Origin: a virus
Reading direction: 5' to 3' (one strand)
DNA: 52,990 nt
IMG/VR virus record: IMGVR_UViG_3300045988_169541
Coordinates: 1 to 52,990 of that record
The notes under the pieces were generated by a model that made no database searches, had not been told where the DNA came from, and was given only the letters and a program-made list of their open reading frames with translations. Every line of letters begins with the position of its first letter. Position 1 is the first letter of the stretch. This document shows, in pieces, positions 8,895 through 17,318 of the stretch. Made by a program: the position numbers and the translations under genes.

Positions 8895-9410
8895 ATGCCA
8901 GGAAATAACTTTTTCTTTAACGGAAGCAGCGATCCCCTTTTAAACCAATCTTCCTATAACATGGAAGAACGATATCAGGAGATAGAGCGGATGCAGGCCG
9001 CTTTGGAGCAGAAAAAACAAGCGATGCAAAGAGCAAAAAATCAGATGGTCCAGCAACCACAACAAAGCCAGACTCCTATATGGGACGAAATCGAAAGCAT
9101 TGTATCAGCAATGACTGACAAGGAATTTGAAATCGTAACAAACAATGAAGAATTTATTGAAAGTCAGAATATGATAATGTCTATTCTTCAAGCTAAATAC
9201 ATGCAAATGATGCGCCCGGTGGTAGAAGGCTCAAAAGAAGGTAAGGATGCCCTAGAGAATCATCTGACGCTTGTAAAAAGGCTTAGAAAATCCGCTGCTA
9301 CTGAGGTTGACAAGGAGATCAACGATTTCCAGGAATATAAGGAAAAGTATTCTGATATTCCCTATTCTGAGTATCAGAAAATGAAACGACAGAAAGGAGG
9401 CAAGAAATGA
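8895..9410 (+). CDS. Hypothetical coiled-coil/Gln-rich protein (171 aa)
   Basis: ATG ORF in the same operon. No motif recognised. Confidence 0.55.
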   Translation: MPGNNFFFNGSSDPLLNQSSYNMEERYQEIERMQAALEQKKQAMQRAKNQMVQQPQQSQTPIWDEIESIVSAMTDKEFEIVTNNEEFIESQNMIMSILQAKYMQMMRPVVEGSKEGKDALENHLTLVKRLRKSAATEVDKEINDFQEYKEKYSDIPYSEYQKMKRQKGGKK

Positions 9411-9835
9411 AAAAAGAGGATTTGAACCAGTTTAAAGGTGAAATTAAAACCGCAGTACAATCCTGGGGAAATAGTAAAATAGATTCTCTTTTTCCGGATA
9501 AAGCACATACGCGCACTTTCTTTAAAAATGGGTTAAGTAATTTACTAGCCAGGAAGGATGCACTTATCAACAGATGGCTTGATACCGGATTTTTGTTTAT
9601 TGCCGGAGAAGACGGAACAATAGACAGCGATGTTATGGTTGATAATCTTGTCTCTTTATTTGAAGAAATGGACGTTAGGGAGTATCAATTAGGGATGGTT
9701 AAAGTTACAGTAGGAAAAGGCCAGGCCATCGTAGATATGCCTCATAATTTCTTGTTAGATATGTTTATAGGTAGCTTGGGTTGTATTAAGTTCACGTCGG
9801 AAGACCTAGGGGAGTTGAAAGAACTCCTCAATTAA
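9407..9835 (+). CDS. Hypothetical protein (142 aa)
   Basis: ATGA overlap with the previous gene. No motif recognised. Confidence 0.55.
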   Translation: MKKEDLNQFKGEIKTAVQSWGNSKIDSLFPDKAHTRTFFKNGLSNLLARKDALINRWLDTGFLFIAGEDGTIDSDVMVDNLVSLFEEMDVREYQLGMVKVTVGKGQAIVDMPHNFLLDMFIGSLGCIKFTSEDLGELKELLN

Positions 9836-9857
9836 TTAACTTTAAAATTATCATGTT

Positions 9858-10094
9858 ATGAATGAAGAAATAAGAGAATTCGCAGAAGAATTACAGGATT
9901 TCCTGAAAAAAGGACATAAACTGCTCAATAAAATGGGGCAGGGAATGGGCCAAAGAAGCGGCAATCAGGGATATGGTCAAAATTCTGGACAAGGCATGGG
10001 CCAGAATATGGGCCAAGGTGGTTACGGCGAAAATGTCGGACAATGGTTCCGGAATAATTTCGGCGGACAGGGATTTGATCCCCGGTTTATGTAA
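9858..10094 (+). CDS. Low-complexity Gly/Gln/Met-repeat protein (78 aa)
   Basis: MGQGMGQRSGNQGYGQNSGQGMGQNMGQGGYGENVGQ: imperfect GQGMGQ repeats after a short helical N-terminus. Confidence 0.5.
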   Translation: MNEEIREFAEELQDFLKKGHKLLNKMGQGMGQRSGNQGYGQNSGQGMGQNMGQGGYGENVGQWFRNNFGGQGFDPRFM

Positions 10095-10144
10095 ACAGGT
10101 TCACCTGGAGGGGTGGAAACATCCCTCCTTAAATATTAAATAAT

Positions 10145-10570
10145 ATGTGTAAACAAGCATTAGATACATACGATTTTTACAGACCGATAGCAATGTCTCG
10201 GTATCTTAGTTTCAGGGGATGGCATTTTGATAAAAAGACATGCGATTATGCAATTTCTTTAATGAAGAAAAAAAATCCCGCAACTGGCAGGCTTGAACCA
10301 ATAGAACCAATGAGCAAAGATCAGGTTGACGAACTTCTCGCTAAGCACGGTGTGAAACTGGAAAATAATACACTTTATGATTATGTGTACGTTGCAAATA
10401 TGGCTAGAGCAGATTTTTATAAATCTAGTCTCCCAGACGATAAATCGCTTGCTTTATTTGTAAAAGATTCAATCGATGACCCTGATGCAGCTGATGGAAC
10501 TATTATGCGAAGATGGTACGCTACGATGGTAGCCAATGGATGCGGAGTAGAATGGAGTGATTTTCTATGA
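10145..10570 (+). CDS. Hypothetical protein (141 aa)
   Basis: ATG ORF. No motif recognised. Confidence 0.55.
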   Translation: MCKQALDTYDFYRPIAMSRYLSFRGWHFDKKTCDYAISLMKKKNPATGRLEPIEPMSKDQVDELLAKHGVKLENNTLYDYVYVANMARADFYKSSLPDDKSLALFVKDSIDDPDAADGTIMRRWYATMVANGCGVEWSDFL

Positions 10571-11007
10571 TCAGACAACGATTCCATATTTACGTAAAAG
10601 GTAAAAAATGGAATATAACCGCCTTTTATCCGGTTACAAGGTATCATGTTGAAGAAATAATAGATGCCTTGTACCAGATAAATTGTAATGAAGAAGATTT
10701 AAAAAAAGCATATATAAATATAACAAGCGATAATGTAAACAATGGACTTACATTTAGTAACTATTTTTACCGGGAATCGGTGATCATATTTGCAATTTCT
10801 ATTAGTCCGGCAAAGTACTTTAATCTGATCACGCATGAACTGCACCATCTGTCAGTTCATATTGCGGTAAGTAGTGGATTTAATTTACAAGGAGAGGAAA
10901 TTTGTTATATAAACGGAGATATTGCTGAAATGATGTTCCCGGTTGTAGTTTATTTATTGTGCAAGGGGTTCATTCGCAACTATGAAATAAAATACTATGT
11001 CCGATAA
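10567..11007 (+). CDS. Small HExxH metallopeptidase-like protein (146 aa)
   Basis: LITHELHHLSVH contains an HExxH zinc-peptidase motif, similar in size to ImmA/IrrE. ATGA overlap with the previous gene. Confidence 0.4.
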   Translation: MIRQRFHIYVKGKKWNITAFYPVTRYHVEEIIDALYQINCNEEDLKKAYINITSDNVNNGLTFSNYFYRESVIIFAISISPAKYFNLITHELHHLSVHIAVSSGFNLQGEEICYINGDIAEMMFPVVVYLLCKGFIRNYEIKYYVR

Positions 11008-11131
11008 ATTTGAAATATTGCTTGATATTGCCGACACAGCTTGCATAACATTTCTATGTGAAATGGCCTTACATGAATTAAGATGCTTGTAAAAGCTGAA
11101 AATATACGTCGTGAACATATCGGAAGGTGTG

Positions 11132-11158
11132 AGAGGGGAGTGTATCCCCTCTTTTTAT
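11132..11158 (+). terminator. Rho-independent terminator of the 8076..11007 operon
   Basis: agagggga-gtgta-tcccctct (8-bp stem) followed by ttttat. Confidence 0.8.
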
Positions 11159-11313
11159 AAACTTTTAATCTGTATAATTCGTAGAATCAGTATAAATTTC
11201 GTAAATTGTATAAATTCTCATTCTAAAAATTTTCAATAATGAAATTTAATTTCTTACTTGCATCTCCATTTAAGTATATATTCAAATATATGTCACTTAT
11301 TTTTCACGGCGAA

Positions 11314-11664
11314 ATGCATCATCGTCAAGCAGATATAAACGTAAATCTTGAAGTTTTACTTTTCAAGGAAGATGACGTATATATTGCATATTCTCCAGCT
11401 TTAGATATATCTGCATTTGGTAAAACGGAAGAAGATGCAAAGAAGGAATTTGGTAATAATATGCGTTCTTATATCACATACTGCATGAATAAGAAAACAT
11501 TATTTCAGGATTTACGAGCTCATGGATGGACTGTAAAAAGCCGGAATAGGATAAAAGCACCAACTGAAGAACAGCTTATAAAAATGAATGATACCTATAA
11601 TGATATCAGAAATAATAAGAGTTATAAAACGCTCAGGGAGGATATAGCTATTCCTGCCGTTTAA
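11314..11664 (+). CDS. hicB: HicB-like antitoxin (N-terminal HicB fold pattern)
   Basis: VLLFKEDDVYIAYSPALDISAFGKTEEDAKKEF matches the HicB N-terminal pattern. The ORF is open from 11239, with ATGs at 11239, 11290 and 11314, so the start is uncertain. Confidence 0.55.
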   Translation: MHHRQADINVNLEVLLFKEDDVYIAYSPALDISAFGKTEEDAKKEFGNNMRSYITYCMNKKTLFQDLRAHGWTVKSRNRIKAPTEEQLIKMNDTYNDIRNNKSYKTLREDIAIPAV

Positions 11665-11674
11665 AATAGTGAGC

Positions 11675-11920
11675 ATGTCTACTCATAAGTTGTCTAATGT
11701 TTCCCTGGATGATTATCGGGATTTTTTACGAAAAGTTGGATGTTGTAAAATAAGAACTGAAGGAGGACATGAAGTGTGGGCAAGAAAAGATTTATTACGC
11801 CCTATTATTGTACAAACACACGAATGTCCTGTACCAGAGTTTATTATTAAAAATGCCCTTAGAAATTTAGGATTGACACGAAAAGATTTTTTCAATATAC
11901 TTTTTGATTGTGATGAATAG
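11675..11920 (+). CDS. hicA: HicA-like mRNA interferase toxin
   Basis: FLRKVGCCKIRTEGGHEVWAR...VQTHECPVPEFIIKNALRNLGLTRKDF resembles HicA (the GSH...H..kel..gtl..il pattern). It starts 4-11 nt after the HicB-like gene. Confidence 0.6.
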   Translation: MSTHKLSNVSLDDYRDFLRKVGCCKIRTEGGHEVWARKDLLRPIIVQTHECPVPEFIIKNALRNLGLTRKDFFNILFDCDE

Positions 11921-11940
11921 CGAGGACTAACCTCGCTATT
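11916..11940. terminator. Bidirectional hairpin between convergent genes
   Basis: 10-bp perfect stem aatagcgagg / cctcgctatt with a 5-nt loop. It spans both stop codons. Confidence 0.65.
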
Positions 11941-12574
11941 AACTTGCTTTCTGGCAAATTTCAATTTTACACTCTCTTAATTCCTTGGAAAGGATTTCAA
12001 ATGCCATAGAAATTTCCTTATGATTTACATTGTCGCATGAGAAATCGGATAACTTGCAAAGGAGTTGGTTAGAAATATTTCTTATTGCAACAATACACTG
12101 GTCATATACAGGGTCCATTTTTACCCCGGATGCCTTCTGAACTTCTTCGGCATATTGTGTGGTGCGGCTGATTTCGAGTGATGAGATCATATAAATCATC
12201 GTAAGATGAGAAAGCGGTACCGATAGTGCCGGTACAGTTTTATCCAATTCTCTTTTTACTGAGTAGAACAGTGTTTTAATATGCCTTTCGAATTCGTCGT
12301 TGAAACGGTCTAGCATGTAAGGTGTGTACCGATATGCATATTCTCCCATTAGCCGGCGAATTTTATCACGGTAAAGGGTAATATTTATTTCCATGTTCCG
12401 GATCAGCTTTTTGTTTTCAAGCTTGTATAGTCCAACTTCTGTAATTGCCTTTTTTAACTCACAGATGTAGTTGTCGATAACGTCTGCCAGGAACATATTC
12501 CCGTAAACGTAGTTCATCCGTATTTCTTCCGAAAGGCTTTCGGTGGCTTGCTGTATTATTTGGGTTGGTTTCAT
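11939..12574 (-). CDS. Hypothetical all-helical protein (211 aa)
   Basis: Last gene of the minus-strand block. No motif recognised. Confidence 0.55.
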   Translation of the reverse strand: MKPTQIIQQATESLSEEIRMNYVYGNMFLADVIDNYICELKKAITEVGLYKLENKKLIRNMEINITLYRDKIRRLMGEYAYRYTPYMLDRFNDEFERHIKTLFYSVKRELDKTVPALSVPLSHLTMIYMISSLEISRTTQYAEEVQKASGVKMDPVYDQCIVAIRNISNQLLCKLSDFSCDNVNHKEISMAFEILSKELRECKIEICQKAS

Positions 12575-12637
12575 GATTTTCCTAATTTTTGATAGAAAAT
12601 AACGGAGAGGCTTTCACCTCTCTGTTAAAATATTATT

Positions 12638-12889
12638 CTATTTGCTCCCTACATTATCACCACCAAAATGTTCCTTTTCAACCAGGTATCTGATATTACC
12701 TAAGGCTTTACCACAAGGCAAATCAAGGGATCTGTCTGTCTCTGAATTTATACAATAGGCACAATTACACTGGCATTTATTTGTAACTACAATACTTAGG
12801 TAAGCATTGTCGGATACTAATCCTATATCAGTAGGATAGTACCTGTTTTGCTTGAATATTTCAAGTGAATCTATTTTGATTATACTCAT
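12638..12889 (-). CDS. Radical-SAM-like N-terminal fragment (83 aa)
   Basis: VVTNKCQCNCAYCIN contains a CxxxCxxC in the usual radical-SAM context, but the ORF stops about 45 aa later. ATGA overlap with the upstream gene, and a hairpin follows. Confidence 0.4.
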   Translation of the reverse strand: MSIIKIDSLEIFKQNRYYPTDIGLVSDNAYLSIVVTNKCQCNCAYCINSETDRSLDLPCGKALGNIRYLVEKEHFGGDNVGSK

Positions 12890-13407
12890 TTCTTTTCCTC
12901 CTTTTCTTTGATAAGTTTTTCCTTCAAAATCACAGATCTCATTGCTCCGAATCTTGCAACTTGCAATTGCTCTTCTAGGGATAGTTTTCGGTACGGCCGC
13001 ATTTCACGGATATGTACGTTTTTATCATATCCATGATGTCTGATTATTAAATCTTCATTGAATGTGATTATGCCGGAATATAATACATCTCTCTTTGATA
13101 GTTCACTACATACTTTGTCATATATCTTTTCAGGAACGCAGTAGTAGAAGTATTTTATAATTCCGGCCGATTCATGGTGATGCTTTTTCTTGAAGTCGGC
13201 AATAAAATCTGAGAAACTACGCTTTATCTCTATTTCCGTTAAGTATCCTGATTTTGATAAGACTAGCATATCACACTCATGCCCGATATAAAATTTACTT
13301 CCCCATCCATTTACATTGAAAGCGACGATATTTCGGATAAAATTAAAGCTATCGGATTTGGCCAATGCGACCTCTATTTCATATAAACTTCTTTCTGTAT
13401 TCATCAT
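12886..13407 (-). CDS. PD-(D/E)XK-fold protein (MmcB-like pattern)
   Basis: HECDMLVLSKSGYLTEIEIKRSFSDFIADFKKKHH: a D...E-x-K arrangement as in MmcB-like nucleases. Confidence 0.45.
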   Translation of the reverse strand: MMNTERSLYEIEVALAKSDSFNFIRNIVAFNVNGWGSKFYIGHECDMLVLSKSGYLTEIEIKRSFSDFIADFKKKHHHESAGIIKYFYYCVPEKIYDKVCSELSKRDVLYSGIITFNEDLIIRHHGYDKNVHIREMRPYRKLSLEEQLQVARFGAMRSVILKEKLIKEKEEKK

Positions 13408-13413
13408 TGCTTT

Positions 13414-13854
13414 TTATTGAATGTTTGTATATTTATAGCATTTTATCGGATGAAACTTACCGTCTATTTCGTCTCCTACATTGATAACTTTCCGCATGCT
13501 ATCTGTTTGAACAGATAAAAAACGAGAAATCAAATTATCAAACATATATATATTTTTACCGTCTGAAACTTGATTTATGCCTTTCCTGAAATAAACAATA
13601 CGATGAGATTTGTTTGAGACAGCATATACAAATACAGGTTTACCTATCCCATCCGTATTTTGAAGTTCTTTATGCTGCTTAAAACATATATGTTCTACTA
13701 TTTTCTTGAAATTATCTTCACTTTCATCATGTGATTCCATTTTAATCGTCCTGAATTTGACATACACTTTACTCCCTCTTTCTGTAAGGTCCACTTTGTC
13801 CATAATATCATGAACAAAAGGGATCTCGTGGATTAGAATTATATAAATTTTCAT
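13414..13854 (-). CDS. Hypothetical protein (146 aa)
   Basis: ATG ORF in the operon. No motif recognised. Confidence 0.5.
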   Translation of the reverse strand: MKIYIILIHEIPFVHDIMDKVDLTERGSKVYVKFRTIKMESHDESEDNFKKIVEHICFKQHKELQNTDGIGKPVFVYAVSNKSHRIVYFRKGINQVSDGKNIYMFDNLISRFLSVQTDSMRKVINVGDEIDGKFHPIKCYKYTNIQ

Positions 13855-13878
13855 GTCTATGAAATAAAGATTGGTCTT

Positions 13879-14142
13879 TCATAAATTTGGCTCTATGAAT
13901 TCAACATTGTATTTTTCACAGTAGTATTCAAAAGGTTTTTGACTGAAAGGGTATATGGTCATTGGGCCTATAAAATATCCGTCACAGTGTGTCATTTCTT
14001 TATATTTCTTTTCTGCTGTTTTGCGTATTTTATGCTCAGTTCCATACCCTGATTTATGCAAGAAAAATACAGTTATTTTTTCTCCTTTATCAAGCAGCTC
14101 CTTGAGCCGCTTGTAGTCTTTACTGGTTTTGTAGGGTATCAT
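13879..14142 (-). CDS. Hypothetical protein (87 aa)
   Basis: ATG ORF. No motif recognised. Confidence 0.5.
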   Translation of the reverse strand: MIPYKTSKDYKRLKELLDKGEKITVFFLHKSGYGTEHKIRKTAEKKYKEMTHCDGYFIGPMTIYPFSQKPFEYYCEKYNVEFIEPNL

Positions 14143-14217
14143 GGTTGTTTGAACTTATTAATTTTAGAGAGGGGCATTACACCCCTCTAGTTTGAGTTAT
14201 TGAATTGCTATTATATT

Positions 14218-14376
14218 CTATTTGTTTTGGATTTGTGGTCTTAGATTATATTTACTATCAATATCAGATAACATTTCCTTTAAATAATATGCTTGTTCTG
14301 CTGTTATTGTTAACTTCTTTTTCCCTGATTCAATCAGGATACTTTCCCCATTGTATGTAATTGAAATTTTACCCAT
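14218..14376 (-). CDS. Small hypothetical protein (52 aa from ATG 14376)
   Basis: ATG lies 3 nt after the KilA-N stop. The longer track ORF (to 14463) would overlap the KilA-N gene. Confidence 0.4.
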   Translation of the reverse strand: MGKISITYNGESILIESGKKKLTITAEQAYYLKEMLSDIDSKYNLRPQIQNK

Positions 14377-14378
14377 AT

Positions 14379-15149
14379 TTATATTGTTTGATTTATTTTC
14401 TGTCTGCTTTTTAAAACACAATCTTTTACCGCGTTTGAAGCAATAAAACTTGCTTTTGCACATTCATTGTTGCCTTGTAGATTATTGTTCTTAATATTTT
14501 CCGAAGCCAATTCTTCAGCAAATTTCACTGACATAAGTTCAAGCCGGGAAAGATTATCACGGATATTAGCTTTCTCCGGTAAGTTTTTCTTTTGTCTGAT
14601 TACATCAGTTTTACCGCCAAATAAAGGGGAGTAAATCGCATTCGTACATTGCCGGAAACCATCATGTTTTACACCATGTTTTGCAAGAGTAGAAGTAAAT
14701 GTATTACGTACTACTTTCCCTTCAAAACGTTCTTGAATCCATTTTTCATCCTTACCTCTCTTTTTGTAGGCTTTAATGTACCGATCTGCTATAAGGTCAG
14801 GATTTTTTTCTTCTTCGATACGCTGGAAGAAAACCTCGTTTATTAGAATATGGAGTTTGGGATCCAACCATTTTGCATAAGCAAGTGCTAAATTTTTATG
14901 CGCCCATGTTCCTCCATCTGATTTCCCTCGCTTAGATTTCAAAACCCCCATTTTTGGGGTATTTAAAAAATTGCACACTGTATCAATAAGTTCAATTGTT
15001 GATTCACGGCGTTGCCATGTAGATGGGTCTTTTTTATTTGGGCTATTAGCCGCTTTCCATAAATCTGTCAGACTAAGCATGTCGCCGTCCGATCTGACAT
15101 TACCCAAAATACTATTTTGAGTTTTGTCAAATAAAACTAATTCTTTCAT
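14379..15149 (-). CDS. KilA-N domain DNA-binding protein (antirepressor class)
   Basis: GGTWAHKNLALAYAKWLDPKLHILI is the KilA-N signature region. It starts 6 nt after paralog B. Confidence 0.7.
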   Translation of the reverse strand: MKELVLFDKTQNSILGNVRSDGDMLSLTDLWKAANSPNKKDPSTWQRRESTIELIDTVCNFLNTPKMGVLKSKRGKSDGGTWAHKNLALAYAKWLDPKLHILINEVFFQRIEEEKNPDLIADRYIKAYKKRGKDEKWIQERFEGKVVRNTFTSTLAKHGVKHDGFRQCTNAIYSPLFGGKTDVIRQKKNLPEKANIRDNLSRLELMSVKFAEELASENIKNNNLQGNNECAKASFIASNAVKDCVLKSRQKINQTI

Positions 15150-15155
15150 GGTGGG

Positions 15156-15503
15156 TTATTTTGTAGTAAATGAATCGAGATAAAGCTGCGCAAGATAAGC
15201 CCCGTGGTAGTCTAGGTTTGCCCGGTGTGTTTTATGGAACTCGGCGAACCTTTGGAAAGCACCATCGCTTAGGATAAAGTAATAGGCTCGATTCTTACAC
15301 CGTTTTTCTTCCTCTTTCTTCTGCTTTTCCAGAATGTTCTGCCTTTTCTGTTCAGCTAGTTCCGTTTTTAATTCTTGATTTTCGGATTTAAGCGTCTTGA
15401 TTTCACGCTCTAATTGCAGTAGTTTACCCTCGTTTCGTCGGGGTGGACGTGTTTTGACATTACTATACTTCGTGCCAATACAATTTTCTCTCGGTTTAGT
15501 CAT
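15156..15503 (-). CDS. Small conserved protein, cassette paralog B
   Basis: RPPRRNEGKLL, a coiled coil, then EKRCKNRAYYFILSDGAFQRFAEFHKTHRANLDYHGAYLAQLYLDSF. Close paralog of 22578..22871. Confidence 0.75.
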   Translation of the reverse strand: MTKPRENCIGTKYSNVKTRPPRRNEGKLLQLEREIKTLKSENQELKTELAEQKRQNILEKQKKEEEKRCKNRAYYFILSDGAFQRFAEFHKTHRANLDYHGAYLAQLYLDSFTTK

Positions 15504-15530
15504 ACCATAAAATTGTATTCAGTAGCAAAT

Positions 15531-15612
15531 AAAAAAAAACAGCGCTACCGACCTGTTGACTTACACCGAGAAGGCAGTGGGCGCATTAACGTTCCACACA
15601 GGAGTAGCACCG
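15531..15612 (-). promoter_or_regulatory. Leader B: long hairpin plus U9 tract (terminator/attenuator-like), 36 nt before the paralog B ATG
   Basis: Arms 15540..15556 and 15598..15612 (5 bp plus 9 bp with an internal loop), about 41-nt interior. Plus-strand A9 at 15531..15539 gives U9 on the minus strand. Confidence 0.55.
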
Positions 15613-15688
15613 TTAGGTACTATATAATAAGGCATTTAAATACCTTAAAAAAGGCAATTTATTCTGTCTTCTCGTATGTAAGTCGTCG

Positions 15689-15696
15689 CAAACATA
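15689..15696 (-). promoter_or_regulatory. -7 box (TATGTTTG on minus strand) for cassette B
   Basis: Plus strand caaacata, embedded in the inverted repeat cgtatgt(15672..15678)/acatacg(15692..15698). Confidence 0.4.
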
Positions 15697-16156
15697 CGGC
15701 ATTTTTCCGACAAATCAAAATCATTCTGCATAGGGATTATTTTTTAACGATTCAACACAAATAATCTTCATATATCACTTTCAGGCCATGTCCGCAATAA
15801 GGCAGAATTTTGTTTAGTAGTTCTTTATCCATTATTCTATTAATTTAAATTCAGGAATAATTCTTATATTTGCCATGCGCAAAGAGTTGCGCATATTGTT
15901 TTGTAATTGTTGTAGTTGAGTTTAGTACTTACCGAAAAGACCAAAATAAAAATACAGATACTAAGCTCGTTAGACTACGTATATACGTGTCTGCGAGTTT
16001 ATTTCTGTAAGGGTATTGGTCTACCTCGGTAAGAATAGATAAAGCAGACACGTTTCTTTGTGGTGTCTGTTGTAGTGGAGTTGGCAAGGACGTCATCATT
16101 TAGGTGGCGTCCATTTTATTTAATTAAAATATTCTTTACAATCCATATTTTCATAA

Positions 16157-16939
16157 TTATATCATTTCATCCCACCAAGGAAATTTTAATTGTTTCTTGT
16201 TTGCCAGATATTTTTTCTTTGATATTCCGGAGCACCACCAGTTAAAAGCATCTTCCGCACTCTCAAATTCCATGTATTTTCCATAAAGGATACGAAGTTT
16301 CTCAATAGTATTGATATATGCTCTTCTGAACATTGGAAACATCCTTAATCCATTGCGCTGGCTTTTACAATTCATCGGGCATCCGATACACCCGATTCGG
16401 TGTACTTTTTTGTATAAGTCGCAAACTTGAATGTTCCTACTTGACAGAAATCCAAAAACATCGCTTTCTGTCCAATCAAGAATCGGGGACAATAGAGGTT
16501 TATCACATCCTAACTTGCAGTCATTCGTAAAAACTTTTCTCTTCTTCCTGCGTGTGCTTTCCTCTTTCCTAATCCCAATAATTACAACTTCATTCAATCC
16601 ACGTCTTTCTTTCAAATATTCACAACAATATCGACGGTTCCGAAGTGGTAGCATCTTCTTTTGTAATATCATCTGAAACATTGTCTTTTCCGGTTTCAGC
16701 CAAATAACATCGGGATAATGCGAGCGAATAAACCTTAGTAATTCTGGTGGATCCACAGATGTTTTGTAGAAATATGCTTTGAATTTCACTCCTGCCATTT
16801 TTGCAAGTTCATAAATAACTTGTGAATCTTTACCTCCGGAGAATGCGACATGGAAACCATCTGGAGAGTATTTAAAAGCCATTTTCTCCATTTTTCGGAT
16901 GATTCTAATGGAGTCTTCTATCTTTTTGTTTAAGTCCAT
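16157..16939 (-). CDS. PP-loop ATP-pyrophosphatase, PAPS-reductase-like protein
   Basis: HVAFSGGKDSQVIYE (SGGKDS PP-loop) and a C-terminal Cys cluster CDLYKKVHRIGCIGCPMNC. ATG at 16939 (the track start is TTG at 16975). Confidence 0.7.
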   Translation of the reverse strand: MDLNKKIEDSIRIIRKMEKMAFKYSPDGFHVAFSGGKDSQVIYELAKMAGVKFKAYFYKTSVDPPELLRFIRSHYPDVIWLKPEKTMFQMILQKKMLPLRNRRYCCEYLKERRGLNEVVIIGIRKEESTRRKKRKVFTNDCKLGCDKPLLSPILDWTESDVFGFLSSRNIQVCDLYKKVHRIGCIGCPMNCKSQRNGLRMFPMFRRAYINTIEKLRILYGKYMEFESAEDAFNWWCSGISKKKYLANKKQLKFPWWDEMI

Positions 16940-17058
16940 AGGACAATAATATTTAACAGCACTCTCGTACTGCAATAGTTTTTATGTGATAAATTAACAA
17001 TCAGGAATGATACTCAAATTTTTATCAATAGGTTTCCCTCTAAATAATATTTCTCTAT

Positions 17059-17250
17059 TCATGATTTTGTTTTTAAATACCGTTTCCTGACTCCTTTGTA
17101 CTGTGTTCTTTCAATAATCACAGTACGTGATTTTTCATATTGTTTTTCTAGTTCTTTCATTTGTTTCAAAGCTTCTGTCGCCTTCTCCCTTTCATGTTTC
17201 TGATTTTCGGAAGAATACCAGTTCTGATCTATTGATCCATATTTGTCCAT
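17059..17250 (-). CDS. Small coiled-coil hypothetical protein (63 aa)
   Basis: ATG at 17250. No motif recognised. Confidence 0.4.
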   Translation of the reverse strand: MDKYGSIDQNWYSSENQKHEREKATEALKQMKELEKQYEKSRTVIIERTQYKGVRKRYLKTKS

Positions 17251-17318
17251 AGCACACACCGATAAATTAATTAAAGTTTTAAATATTCTCGGAACTCATT
17301 AAACATTCTGCACATCTT

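Noticed and set aside
9930-10080. Tandem repeat or CRISPR-like array in the GQGMGQ region.
   Set aside because: The repeats are short, imperfect, in frame and have no unique spacers. This is a low-complexity coding region, not an array. No CRISPR-like repeat-spacer structure was seen elsewhere.
14165-14190. Recurrent GAGGGG...CCCCTC hairpins (10110..10128, 11132..11152, 12606..12623, 14168..14188, 44838..44857) as a dispersed repeat family.
   Set aside because: They share only a short G-run/C-run stem typical of intrinsic terminators. Loops and flanks differ, so they are treated as ordinary terminators or hairpins.
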